Shown one piece after another: positions 19,299 through 28,658 of a stretch of DNA of 64,000 nt. Origin of the DNA: Escherichia phage vB_Ec-M-J; sequence record OQ718158.1; one strand, given 5' to 3'. The position numbers and the translations under genes are program-made. The notes below the pieces were generated by a model. That model did no database searches. It was given only the letters and a program-made list of their open reading frames with translations, and was not told the DNA's origin. The first letter of the stretch is position 1; each line of letters begins with the position of its first letter.

Positions 19299-19866
19299 TG
19301 ATTTTATTAGAAGCTTAGTGCACCCTATGCTTGGTGTTATGAAAAAACTACAGACTCTACCTGAAGACAACGATTACAAGTTTAATCGTTTTGATTCGGA
19401 TGTGTTTTGTATTGAAATGGAAATTAATAACAATCGTTATTTTCATTTAAAATTCAAAGAATCGTCGAGTTCGCACTACAACTTTGACATGAATTTTAAA
19501 ATAAGCAATGATATTGAAGAAAACGCAATATCAAATCATATTAGCAGAAATGGTTTCATGCATAGAACTAATATGTTCAATAATAAAAACAGTATTATAT
19601 CTAAATGGAATCATCAATTCACTAAAATTTGTGATATTGATTGCAGTACATTTGGTGAAGAACAATACTTTCAGTTAAGTACAATACATGAACTTCCACC
19701 ATATGATTGTGTAAAAACATGGTTTGATATTCATAATATAATTGATGATGCAATCGTACTTCCATTTGGGTTGTCAATATCATATACTGCACCTAAAACG
19801 TTTGTTTTTACTGAAGATATGATTATGAAAAAGATATGGGCGATGATGCCACTTATGCTTGATTAA
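19285..19866 (+). CDS. hypothetical protein, family A
   Basis: motif GEEQYFQLSTIHEL; tandem paralog of the next gene. Confidence 0.65.
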   Translation: MKITNDFIRSLVHPMLGVMKKLQTLPEDNDYKFNRFDSDVFCIEMEINNNRYFHLKFKESSSSHYNFDMNFKISNDIEENAISNHISRNGFMHRTNMFNNKNSIISKWNHQFTKICDIDCSTFGEEQYFQLSTIHELPPYDCVKTWFDIHNIIDDAIVLPFGLSISYTAPKTFVFTEDMIMKKIWAMMPLMLD

Positions 19867-19877
19867 CGGAGAACTAC

Positions 19878-20429
19878 ATGAATCAAAGTCATGATCTTTT
19901 TAAATTATGTGCATCCAAAGATGTGGAAGGATGGGCAGATAAAATCAATACAATTATTAACCGTTATCTTGGCTTCTGTGCACGATCACGAAGTGAAGGT
20001 TCAATGCGTTTCCAAATAACCATGACAATCGATGGTGTTACGATTTATGTCAACGAAGAACGTCTTGGTATTAATCTCTATGATAGTTGTGTCTTTGCTA
20101 TTCACCAGAAAATGGGGGCAGGTTGGGGTTGTAATAATATGAACACCAATGCATTTTTCTGGGTAGGTCATAGCAACACAGTACTTGATCCTTCAAAGAA
20201 ATCAAACCTTTTAGATGATAATTTGGTATATGATTTAGCTTACTCTGAAGAACAACATTTCCAGTTAAGTACAATACATAGCTTAGTTCAATATGACGAT
20301 TGTATCAAAGCATTAGAATTATGCCATTCACTTGAACTTAAAGAAAAATTGATACAAATTTACCCATTGTTCTTCCATGAAGAAGTACAATGCACACTAG
20401 ATCATATTTTATATGGGTACGACAAATGA
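19878..20429 (+). CDS. hypothetical protein, family A
   Basis: motif SEEQHFQLSTIHSL. Confidence 0.65.
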   Translation: MNQSHDLFKLCASKDVEGWADKINTIINRYLGFCARSRSEGSMRFQITMTIDGVTIYVNEERLGINLYDSCVFAIHQKMGAGWGCNNMNTNAFFWVGHSNTVLDPSKKSNLLDDNLVYDLAYSEEQHFQLSTIHSLVQYDDCIKALELCHSLELKEKLIQIYPLFFHEEVQCTLDHILYGYDK

Positions 20430-21028
20430 GAAAAAGTTATCAAGAAGCTATTGACCTAATTCGAGAAGTTATTAAGGCGGCTCCAGGTGCGATAGCATTC
20501 AAGAAGTCCCTATATAAAAAGTATGGTCCCATGTCAAGTATGTGCTGTCAAAAGAAACGTAGTAAATTTACTACGCAGTACTGGCATGATTCTATTATCC
20601 TGAGTAATGAACATCAGCGTATTTTAACAATCGAATCAGTAGATAATCAATATGGTGAAGGAATGATTTGTGTTCCTGACTATGATGAAATTAATTTCAA
20701 TTGTGGAGATTATGAGACAACATTATTATTACACGAGGGTTACCCTGAAGGTGATGTAATGGCAGAGTATAATCCAAAAACCAAAATACTGAAACGTGGT
20801 ATGCAGTTCAAAATCAATAACAAAGATGATGTGGAAGCAGCACTAATGCAACTTAGTACTAGTGAACCTATCACTATTGATGTAGAAGAGTTATGGGGCA
20901 TCATTTCAGTACTTAATGAGTGTTATAAAATTAAATCATTACATAAGTACTCTATCATTTTACATACTAATTGTGCAATGATAAAATGCAAGAACATACA
21001 AGAGATGGTGGTTCCAGATGAACTTTAA
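20426..21028 (+). CDS. hypothetical protein, family A (divergent)
   Basis: ATG 20426 overlapping upstream TGA; motif EAALMQLSTS. Confidence 0.55.
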   Translation: MRKSYQEAIDLIREVIKAAPGAIAFKKSLYKKYGPMSSMCCQKKRSKFTTQYWHDSIILSNEHQRILTIESVDNQYGEGMICVPDYDEINFNCGDYETTLLLHEGYPEGDVMAEYNPKTKILKRGMQFKINNKDDVEAALMQLSTSEPITIDVEELWGIISVLNECYKIKSLHKYSIILHTNCAMIKCKNIQEMVVPDEL

Positions 21029-21602
21029 AGAAATAGAAAGTAAAATTAAGTACTTCAAAGATATTAAAAAACTTTGGGAAAAGTATAAAATTGATTATCA
21101 GTTCCAAGATGATGATACTGTTCAAAACATTGATATTAATATTCGTGTGAAGTTCAAGAATGGTAGTTATGGTGAAGTTAAATTGAATGCTATTGGTGTA
21201 TTCCTTAAAGATTATGATGGTTCTTCACTTGCTCAATTCGATTTCACACCTGATCCTGATGATATGTTACTGAGTGAAATCAATGCATATGACCTTGAGA
21301 TGTTTAGTGGGAAGCCTTTACTATTCCGCTTATCAGATGAATGGGATGAGGTTTACTACACATACAAAGATGGAGTGATTCGAGACGTGAATGATGAAGT
21401 AGTAAATGATATGGAAGAACGTCTATTTCAAGAATCATGTGTGTCATCGGAGTCATATACATATCAATATCTTCTTGACATGTTCGATTTGTATAGTAAA
21501 ATAGATTCAGAAATGAGTACTTTAAGTATTCAATACCTTACAATCAACGACTATGCACAACTTGAAACAGTAGTGAAAGCTCTGGTCAAAGTACTGAAAT
21601 AG
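21018..21602 (+). CDS. hypothetical protein, family A
   Basis: motif EERLFQESCV. Confidence 0.6.
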   Translation: MNFKEIESKIKYFKDIKKLWEKYKIDYQFQDDDTVQNIDINIRVKFKNGSYGEVKLNAIGVFLKDYDGSSLAQFDFTPDPDDMLLSEINAYDLEMFSGKPLLFRLSDEWDEVYYTYKDGVIRDVNDEVVNDMEERLFQESCVSSESYTYQYLLDMFDLYSKIDSEMSTLSIQYLTINDYAQLETVVKALVKVLK

Positions 21603-21611
21603 GAATGAATT

Positions 21612-22025
21612 ATGAAACTGTATCATGCGAGTACTGTAAAAATTGATAACTTTTATATCCCGTATGGTGGCCTTCATATGGGAGGCAAACACAGTGCTCT
21701 AGAAGCTGCATTACGCAAGCTGAGAAGCCCACTAAACGTCGTTGACGCTGATACAGTATACTTGCATACCTTAGAAGTTGATGTTGATAACGTGCTTCTA
21801 TGGGAAGATTTAGGTAGTGATGATGAGTGGCGTGGGCTGATTGAACATTGTAATTCTAAAGGTTACGATGCTGTTCAGTACACAAATGAATACGAGCCGG
21901 ATAATGTTCCTAGTTATATGATTTGGGATACATCTAAAATTCGTATTATTGAAGTTGATGCGATGCATATGGATGATGCAGAAATGATCATCGAAGATTT
22001 CCTTGATGAATATGAAGGTGTATAA
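21612..22025 (+). CDS. hypothetical protein
   Basis: 137-aa acidic ORF; no family motif. Confidence 0.55.
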   Translation: MKLYHASTVKIDNFYIPYGGLHMGGKHSALEAALRKLRSPLNVVDADTVYLHTLEVDVDNVLLWEDLGSDDEWRGLIEHCNSKGYDAVQYTNEYEPDNVPSYMIWDTSKIRIIEVDAMHMDDAEMIIEDFLDEYEGV

Positions 22026-22543
22026 TGATTGAACCTATGACAGTACTAGCACGTACTAAACTATTATTGAAGATTGCTGAGATATTCACTGTTCTTATGT
22101 ACAAAAATAAAGACATAACTGACTTAGGTATTAAGCAACCTTGGTCTGTGTCAAGGTTCTCTGCATTCTACAGATTATCATATAATGGTGAAACTGTTCT
22201 TGATTTTAATCCAAAAGCCAAGTTTATGAATTACGCTGCATTATATGAATGTAATGGTGGATTAACAAATGACTTCACTGAAATAAAAGTACAATCAGAA
22301 TCATTAGAATTTAATGACTTACTATATCCAGAATTTAAGTTAACTGAAGAAATACTTTTCCAGTACTCTCTGATTCTCAAAGATACCAAAAGTCTTGAGT
22401 ACTACAAAGAGTTAGTAGATATTTTTAAGAATACTCGATTTACAAAAGATATTGTGATATTCTGGTATGCAGAGCATGTTACTGAGGAATTGCTTGAAGA
22501 ATTTCTTCTAAATATGACAGCAATCAAGGAGAAGTTATGTTAG
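22025..22543 (+). CDS. hypothetical protein, family A
   Basis: motif TEEILFQYSLIL. Confidence 0.6.
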   Translation: MIEPMTVLARTKLLLKIAEIFTVLMYKNKDITDLGIKQPWSVSRFSAFYRLSYNGETVLDFNPKAKFMNYAALYECNGGLTNDFTEIKVQSESLEFNDLLYPEFKLTEEILFQYSLILKDTKSLEYYKELVDIFKNTRFTKDIVIFWYAEHVTEELLEEFLLNMTAIKEKLC

Positions 22544-23010
22544 ACATTTTAGGAAACATCGATACAGCAAATTATTTTATTCAAGATGCACTGTTCAATA
22601 CAGTACAGAAAGGGTTGGATGTACGATGTAATATCCATCAGGGAGATGGGTATTTTGTTGATATCACTGAAACACGCAAGAACGTGTTCAATTTAAACAT
22701 TACCACATTGACACGTCAGAACATTGCACGTATTTTGGTCAATAAAGATGAAGTAGTTCTTCGTTATAATTCCAAATTCCTGTTCACATACAAGAAGAAG
22801 ACTGACATGTTCAGTACTAATTTGTTTGATGAACCCTTCAATCTGGAAGACTTAGAAGCAACATTCTTTACACAGAATACTATGCTGAAATTCAATGATG
22901 TTGAATTTTCATCAGAAGTAATGTCTGAAACACTACAAATGGTTAAGGTAGTATTCTATGCTTTTCAACAGTTTAACGAAGAACGAAACAAGGTTAACAA
23001 CAACAGATGA
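22537..23010 (+). CDS. hypothetical protein (degenerate family A)
   Basis: AGGAGAAG RBS; weak motif EATFFTQNTM. Confidence 0.5.
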   Translation: MLDILGNIDTANYFIQDALFNTVQKGLDVRCNIHQGDGYFVDITETRKNVFNLNITTLTRQNIARILVNKDEVVLRYNSKFLFTYKKKTDMFSTNLFDEPFNLEDLEATFFTQNTMLKFNDVEFSSEVMSETLQMVKVVFYAFQQFNEERNKVNNNR

Positions 23011-23371
23011 ACTAATCGCGGCGATGGGAGCCAATGAGAAATACTTCAATGGGATTCATTTTTTTAAAACGTATCTTAGTGAAAGTAAAGTACTATATGT
23101 ATACGGTTCCCAGTACTGCATTGTCGCAAAGCACCCAGATTCGATTTCACTAAAATTTAACACTTATTCAAAAAACTTCTTGACGATTAATAAAAGCAAT
23201 GTTACTATGTCTGGTATAGGGAATCAGGTTGTTGAGATTCCTTTGGACTCAATTGATTCTATTGAGTTCTTTCAATACGAGTGCTTAGGTGTTGATTTTG
23301 GTACTGTCAGTACTGAATCTATGCGAACATTAATTAATTTACTTAAAGGTAAAGTTCATGCTTTTAACTAA
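22958..23371 (+). CDS. hypothetical protein, family A
   Basis: motif SIEFFQYECL; start uncertain (alternative ATG 23024). Confidence 0.45.
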   Translation: MLFNSLTKNETRLTTTDELIAAMGANEKYFNGIHFFKTYLSESKVLYVYGSQYCIVAKHPDSISLKFNTYSKNFLTINKSNVTMSGIGNQVVEIPLDSIDSIEFFQYECLGVDFGTVSTESMRTLINLLKGKVHAFN

Positions 23372-23858
23372 TTCGATGAAGAATTCATTTAAAATTATCA
23401 AAGAAATACTAAATGGGTCTAAAACTTCTAGTGGGTCTTCCTTTACTAGTGACCAGATCCAACACAGTACAAAGGATTGTACTGTAATCTTTGGGTTACA
23501 TAGTCTGCGTTTGACAATAGTAAATAATATTGATAACACAGCAATTGTAATCACCCCATGTCATATTCAGAATGAAACAGGTGCATACTTACACCACATG
23601 GGGACTGTATTCTACATCTTCAATACTGAAGAAAACATTGTTAAAGAATACAACACACTCAATGTTGATGCAGGTGAGTTATTCCAATTGAGTACTGTCA
23701 ATGATTGTAACTTCAGTGACAATGCAGAAGTACTTCCATTGTTTCTAAGTCTTCTCAATAACATGGAAAAACTAACCACTGCATACAACAAAAGTGACGT
23801 ACCGCAAGCAGTATTGAATATCACCGAAGCAATGGAGAAATACAAAGCTGTGACCTAA
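23358..23858 (+). CDS. hypothetical protein, family A
   Basis: motif AGELFQLSTVN. Confidence 0.6.
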   Translation: MLLTNSMKNSFKIIKEILNGSKTSSGSSFTSDQIQHSTKDCTVIFGLHSLRLTIVNNIDNTAIVITPCHIQNETGAYLHHMGTVFYIFNTEENIVKEYNTLNVDAGELFQLSTVNDCNFSDNAEVLPLFLSLLNNMEKLTTAYNKSDVPQAVLNITEAMEKYKAVT

Positions 23859-23900
23859 TATATGTGCACATGGAGTGCCTTTGAAGATCAAGGATAGATC

Positions 23901-24374
23901 ATGGAGATTAAAACTGTTGAGAATGGAAAGATAGATGACATTTTAGAGTTGGACGCATTCAAAGTTCATGATATAATGTTCAATGTAAAGGACATAATTC
24001 AGTGCTTGTTTTTATGCAGTAAAACTATGCACGACTTCTTTCACAATCCAAATACTAATGTTTTCATACTAACAATCAGTACTAGCAATTCGTTTATCAT
24101 GGGTATGCCTATGAGTACAAATGACGAGTACATTGATTGTGTTATTCGTAACAATGATAATATTACCCCACAATCTGAAGTACGTAAGAAAAAGAATACA
24201 TACACTATCAAAGATGATAAAATCATGATGTGTTGTAGTAAAGGGTTTATTTTGGATAATTTTAAAGTGAAAGATAGTTATCATGATTTTAAAGTATCAG
24301 AGACACAAACTAATGTAGTTCTTTACGCAAGTGATATTGAAAGCCTAACAGTTAAAGATCCCGATTTGGAGTAA
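23901..24374 (+). CDS. hypothetical protein
   Basis: 157-aa ORF; AAGGA RBS. Confidence 0.55.
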   Translation: MEIKTVENGKIDDILELDAFKVHDIMFNVKDIIQCLFLCSKTMHDFFHNPNTNVFILTISTSNSFIMGMPMSTNDEYIDCVIRNNDNITPQSEVRKKKNTYTIKDDKIMMCCSKGFILDNFKVKDSYHDFKVSETQTNVVLYASDIESLTVKDPDLE

Positions 24375-24376
24375 GT

Positions 24377-24508
24377 ATGGCTAAAAATGTAAACAACTTT
24401 GTACAAAAGCATATGAATGAGTTTAATAAACCTCAAACACATGTGGACCGTAAAAAAGCAATGAAGAATGGTAAAGTAAAACACAAGTCGAGATTTATTC
24501 TCGACTAA
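24377..24508 (+). CDS. hypothetical small basic protein (43 aa)
   Basis: short Lys-rich ORF not in the ORF track, ending inside a terminator hairpin. Confidence 0.3.
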   Translation: MAKNVNNFVQKHMNEFNKPQTHVDRKKAMKNGKVKHKSRFILD

Positions 24509-24515
24509 TTTTTTA
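24487..24515 (+). terminator. rho-independent terminator
   Basis: hairpin GTCGAGA-tttat-TCTCGAC followed by TAATTTTTT. Confidence 0.65.
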
Positions 24516-24541
24516 TCCGAAATTTAGGAGATTGTATTACT

Positions 24542-25390
24542 ATGGATACAACAGATTTTCGTAATTTCAAAAAGTATTCAGTACTTGAACATATCAACGA
24601 ATTTCTGAATTCCCCAACACCATTTGGTATCAGTACATCAGATACATACGATGGATATAGAATCTTCCCATGCAATGACTTTCAAATTTCTGTCAAAAAA
24701 GGTACTTCAAAAGAAGTTGCAATTCGTGATGTAGTACTGTATAGCGATTCTTCTATTTCTTACTGTCATGATGTGAACAATTTTGAATCTCTTTCAACAC
24801 CTAATTGTTCATACTACAAATCCAATGACACAATGATGTACAAAGAAGAACACATCAATGGGGTTTCGTTTTATAAAACCGCCAGCGATAAATCATATAC
24901 ATCTAGAGATGATTTTGGAAAATATACATGCACTATGTATACGGATGATGAAAAATCAAATCGTATTCATTCATTCGAATCCAAATTCAAAGAGAGTGAA
25001 GTTTCAAATATCACTATACAAGAAAAGGTTACCGAAGATGGTGTTGTGTATCGTAGTACTGCATTCTTCCGAATGAAAGATATTGCAACTGGTCGCCCAA
25101 TGATGTATAATATTGACATATTCATGAAAGGTGAATCATCGGAAGTGGTGATTAGTACTGGTTATCGTGCCAACTACACATTTACAATGGAATCACCTGA
25201 TGCATCGTTGGTACATCTATTCAACAATTTATATACTTTCCAATTCGAACTTGGTTTCGAAACAAATGAATATCAAATATTTGAGATATTAAAAAGTAAT
25301 ATTATTAATAAATTGGAATATTACTTCAAGTTAGGCGGGAAGATGAACATAGTTAATACTATGTTACGCAACATAAAAGAAACAATGTAA
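24542..25390 (+). CDS. hypothetical protein
   Basis: 282-aa ORF; AGGAG RBS. Confidence 0.6.
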   Translation: MDTTDFRNFKKYSVLEHINEFLNSPTPFGISTSDTYDGYRIFPCNDFQISVKKGTSKEVAIRDVVLYSDSSISYCHDVNNFESLSTPNCSYYKSNDTMMYKEEHINGVSFYKTASDKSYTSRDDFGKYTCTMYTDDEKSNRIHSFESKFKESEVSNITIQEKVTEDGVVYRSTAFFRMKDIATGRPMMYNIDIFMKGESSEVVISTGYRANYTFTMESPDASLVHLFNNLYTFQFELGFETNEYQIFEILKSNIINKLEYYFKLGGKMNIVNTMLRNIKETM

Positions 25391-25406
25391 TTATGGAGGA
25401 TTTGGT

Positions 25407-25700
25407 ATGGATACTAAATTCAAACTTATGTTCAAAACAGAGCCGTATATCCCTTATACTGGTGAACGTTTTATTCCACCTGGTGCAGTGGAGATTGAGC
25501 ATCCTGATGGAACAAAATTGTATCTCAGCCCATGTTCGTATGAACGTGCAGTTGAAATGCTAATTATGAATAGTAAACATTGTAGTAATAAGTACATTAG
25601 CTACTTATACAATGAACATATTCTAGAATTTAATGATGAGAATATGTTCATGCTGGCTATTAACGATTTCAATAACTGGCACGAAAGTTTGACTATTTGA
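25407..25700 (+). CDS. hypothetical protein
   Basis: 97-aa ORF; GGAGGA RBS. Confidence 0.55.
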   Translation: MDTKFKLMFKTEPYIPYTGERFIPPGAVEIEHPDGTKLYLSPCSYERAVEMLIMNSKHCSNKYISYLYNEHILEFNDENMFMLAINDFNNWHESLTI

Positions 25701-25710
25701 TAAAATATTG

Positions 25711-25738
25711 TGGACATGACAATTCCTTGTGATATAAT
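25711..25738 (+). promoter_or_regulatory. sigma70-like promoter (TGGACA-N16-TGATATAAT)
   Basis: -35 TGGACA 25711-25716, -10 TATAAT 25733-25738 preceded by TGA. Confidence 0.55.
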
Positions 25739-25771
25739 GTTCACATCTTTTTTTGATAAATGGAGATATAG

Positions 25772-26158
25772 ATGAATACAAGTTCTGTTCTAAAAGCTAT
25801 TGGTGGTGTACTTCTGATTGAAGTCCAGGGTGAACCTAAGCTATGTTGCTTAGAAGACATGAAGAATACTAAACACTTCAGTACTGGACAGATTTTCAAT
25901 GCTATTCGTGTTCTTAACGACAAATCAGTACAAGACTATGGAAAGGTATGGCCTTCGTATGTAAATCCTGAAGGTGAAATTAGTGCTGATTGGAAAACAA
26001 TTGAAGCAGTACGTGTGAGTTGTGAGAGCGATTGGGATTTCATCGTTGAAGTATGTGACCAACTGCAAGAAGATGTGCCAGAGATTGTCGAACGTAAAGA
26101 AGTTCTAGCACAACTTGATAAATTCCGTCACGGTACTCTACCGTATGACGTAATCTAA
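25772..26158 (+). CDS. hypothetical protein
   Basis: 128-aa ORF; GGAGA RBS. Confidence 0.6.
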   Translation: MNTSSVLKAIGGVLLIEVQGEPKLCCLEDMKNTKHFSTGQIFNAIRVLNDKSVQDYGKVWPSYVNPEGEISADWKTIEAVRVSCESDWDFIVEVCDQLQEDVPEIVERKEVLAQLDKFRHGTLPYDVI

Positions 26159-26209
26159 TCTGATTTATTAAAAACTATCTAACTAACATTATATAAAAAG
26201 GAATTTAAA

Positions 26210-26515
26210 ATGGAAGACAACGGAATGAAATTTGATATGTTTGAAGGTGTACCAGAGTTCGATTTCAATAAACTTGAAAATGGTGAAGAATCAGAACTAG
26301 TAAGTGTTACACTAAAATCAGATACCAAAAAGAAATATTCCCCATCAGTTCGTGCTCGTTCTCAAGAAGAATATGAAACCTTCATTGAGAGTATTCATTA
26401 CGAAACGTTCCATCATGCAGATGGTACTCCGTATGAAGTTCGTGTTACAGTACTGAAGCCTGAAGTAAACCCAATGGAAAATCTACGTCCTGTTTACTGC
26501 TGGGCAAGCCACTAA
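26210..26515 (+). CDS. hypothetical protein
   Basis: 101-aa ORF; AGGAA RBS. Confidence 0.55.
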   Translation: MEDNGMKFDMFEGVPEFDFNKLENGEESELVSVTLKSDTKKKYSPSVRARSQEEYETFIESIHYETFHHADGTPYEVRVTVLKPEVNPMENLRPVYCWASH

Positions 26516-26523
26516 TAAACCAA

Positions 26524-26556
26524 AGGACGGGATATAATATCTCGTCCTTTTTTTGT
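26524..26556 (+). terminator. rho-independent terminator
   Basis: hairpin AGGACG...CGTCCT followed by TTTTTTT. Confidence 0.6.
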
Positions 26557-26566
26557 CGGGAGATAT

Positions 26567-27415
26567 ATGAAACTTTATCTAATCGTTGACTACAGTAAGG
26601 GTTATTATGACTACGCAGAAGAATCTGAAGGGTATTGCTCGTCTACTAATGTCAATGTACGCACAAGTAATACACATGAGCATGAATCTATTACAAGCCT
26701 AAAAGATTTCATCGCATATCGAGCATTTGAAAAGAATTTCTGTCGTAGTAGATATTCGAAGTTTGAGTACCCGTTAATTGATGTTCCTGATGAATTGATG
26801 TTCCAGTTAATGCTCACTGGAGTACAAGATTATGATTACATCGCGTACAATCACATTACTAAGAAAATTTATATCGGTACGTCAACACATGACATTTCTA
26901 TGTATGCATCATGCCCCGATGATCGAATGAATGATAGAAAATCATACTATAGTGGATCAGTTGGTTCAAATGATTCATTAAATGAAAATTTATTCTTTGA
27001 GTACGAGTTTGATAATCATCGAGGGAATAAAGACCGAGAAGATTATTGTACTGAAATTGATAGTACCAATGGATATGAAGAAGTGAAAGAAGCGTTAATG
27101 CCATATATCCTTGACAAGTACTACAAAGATTTTCAGTACTGTAGTAATTTTCTAATCAGAAATTCTATCATAATAGGTCGTCAAAGTACTGCATTCTCTA
27201 AGTACTACAATGATTCCCCTGTTGCTGAAAATGAAAACTGTAATGTTCTCTCAATCCCACGTGAAGATATGGTATTCATGTTCACATCTTTCATTGAAGA
27301 TGATGAGTTGTATGTAAAAAACAAGCACAGGTTCATGCCAAGTAAGATTGAGGTTATGAGAAGCTTAAGTGCAGATATCTTAACGAATTTCACTGAAAAA
27401 ACAGAATACAACTGA
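26567..27415 (+). CDS. hypothetical protein with family-A-like motif
   Basis: 282-aa ORF; GGGAGA RBS; motif PDELMFQLMLTG. Confidence 0.6.
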   Translation: MKLYLIVDYSKGYYDYAEESEGYCSSTNVNVRTSNTHEHESITSLKDFIAYRAFEKNFCRSRYSKFEYPLIDVPDELMFQLMLTGVQDYDYIAYNHITKKIYIGTSTHDISMYASCPDDRMNDRKSYYSGSVGSNDSLNENLFFEYEFDNHRGNKDREDYCTEIDSTNGYEEVKEALMPYILDKYYKDFQYCSNFLIRNSIIIGRQSTAFSKYYNDSPVAENENCNVLSIPREDMVFMFTSFIEDDELYVKNKHRFMPSKIEVMRSLSADILTNFTEKTEYN

Positions 27416-27441
27416 GACATACCATAAGTTTATGATATAAT
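27414..27441 (+). promoter_or_regulatory. sigma70-like promoter (GAGACA-N16-TGATATAAT)
   Basis: -35 GAGACA 27414-27419, -10 TATAAT 27436-27441 preceded by TGA; faces the ORF-free island. Confidence 0.45.
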
Positions 27442-27444
27442 GTA

Positions 27445-27478
27445 AGGTGACAGCAGAATATGTTGTCACCTTTTTTTA
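27445..27478 (+). terminator. rho-independent terminator-like hairpin
   Basis: AGGTGACAG...TTGTCACCT followed by TTTTTTTT. Confidence 0.6.
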
Positions 27479-28096
27479 ATCCTGAAAGGTTCCATATGGA
27501 AATGATTGAAGCCTAATCCACTCGAAAAGTAGAGGGTAGATGAGTAGTCCTTTCAGTACGAACAGCAAATGAAACCCGTTAGATGATGGCATAGTTTGAA
27601 CCACTCACGGCAATGCGGCTGTATAAAGAACTCCAATAGGATAAAGAGAGTTCCTCGATAGACATATAAGGATCGCACCTTACCAATTATCTAAGGGAGA
27701 TTTCATGAGAAATTTGCGGTCGTAATTTATACAAAATAGTTGCGTCCAAAATTCGTGAAATCAAATACAAGTACTGGTCATATGGTATTTGTATTATGTG
27801 TCGGGATGTTTAAGACCGACGACCGTTGCTACAAGAACCGCGATAGAGAGAAACAGAGCAACCCGCTTTCGCCTCGTAAGAGAATTCGTGATATGAACTA
27901 TGTGAAGGCCACCAGCGTCAAACTTTTTTTGTTCTTTCCCCTGCGGGGGGATGAAATATGCTCAAGCAAACCCCGTCAATATTAATTAAAACAAATCATA
28001 GTACTTTCGTTGAATTAGACATGCGAAGCGTGTATAATTCGACTGGTGTTGATGAAGTCAACGCCATGTACAGTCATTGATGTTTCCATAGGAATA
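27479..28096 (+). ncRNA. candidate structured non-coding RNA or regulatory island (identity unknown)
   Basis: ~600 bp with no credible ORF in a dense genome, visibly higher GC, palindrome TTCCATATGGAA, long-range complement CCTGAAAGG / CCTTTCAG, GC hairpin CCCCTGCGGGG. Confidence 0.25.
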
Positions 28097-28642
28097 ATGA
28101 TGTCATTTATTAAAAAATCTAAAAGCGTCACTTATAAAACACTAGAATTTGTTGATTCAGACAATCAGAACCAAGACCAGGAGAATTTTACTGGTTTTGT
28201 TGTGATTAAAGAAAAGGGATGTATTTCGTACATCAAAGAGTTGCAGTGCGGTTTTGAATTAACTTCCATTAAGTTATTCCCAACCAAGAAGCCTACAATT
28301 CTTAAAGCTCGTTATGGGAACTACTACGAAGAGCGTTATAGTAATAATCTAATCAGTGCGAAAGCACATATCGTCAATGGTGAACTAGAAGGAGAATATA
28401 GAAAATTCAACCCACAAGGAAAATGTGTTTGGGTTAAATACTTCAATTCAGGAAATGATGTAACATCAGAAATTATTGAGTTTTTAGGTTTAACATGTAC
28501 CCTTGAAACTCTTCATGATTACAAATTTAATACTGAAGAAGAGTTTAATCTGATGATGCGTTATGGATCACATTTTAAATTTTTATATGAATACAACATT
28601 GACAGTAGTACTTTTGATGACATAGTACTTAACTGTCTATAA
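28097..28642 (+). CDS. hypothetical protein
   Basis: ATG 28097 after AGGA; repeated G-x-Y/F motifs; C-terminal EEEFNLMM resembling family A. Confidence 0.55.
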   Translation: MMSFIKKSKSVTYKTLEFVDSDNQNQDQENFTGFVVIKEKGCISYIKELQCGFELTSIKLFPTKKPTILKARYGNYYEERYSNNLISAKAHIVNGELEGEYRKFNPQGKCVWVKYFNSGNDVTSEIIEFLGLTCTLETLHDYKFNTEEEFNLMMRYGSHFKFLYEYNIDSSTFDDIVLNCL

Positions 28643-28658
28643 TCAAAGGAAATTATGT

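Larger units (their letters stand above)
1..23858 (+). other. tandem array of family-A paralogous genes (FQxS-motif family)
   Basis: >=45 consecutive + strand ORFs each carrying [DE]-E-x-[FY]-F-Q-x-S-[TL]-[VIL] in the C-terminal third. Confidence 0.8.

Noticed and set aside
21612-22025. Possible ADP-ribosyltransferase (YHAST resembling an H-G-S/T motif)
   Set aside because: Only one weak motif; no supporting Tyr or Glu catalytic motifs could be placed, so it is left as hypothetical.
27740-27985. 81-aa + strand ORF inside the ORF-free island
   Set aside because: TTG start, no RBS, odd Arg/Cys-rich composition; more likely a chance ORF within a non-coding or RNA-coding region.
27479-28096. 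Group I intron splitting the flanking genes
   Set aside because: I could not find convincing P/Q/R/S core elements or a P7 G-binding site by eye, and the flanking ORFs do not look like two halves of one protein. Kept only as an unclassified structured-RNA candidate.
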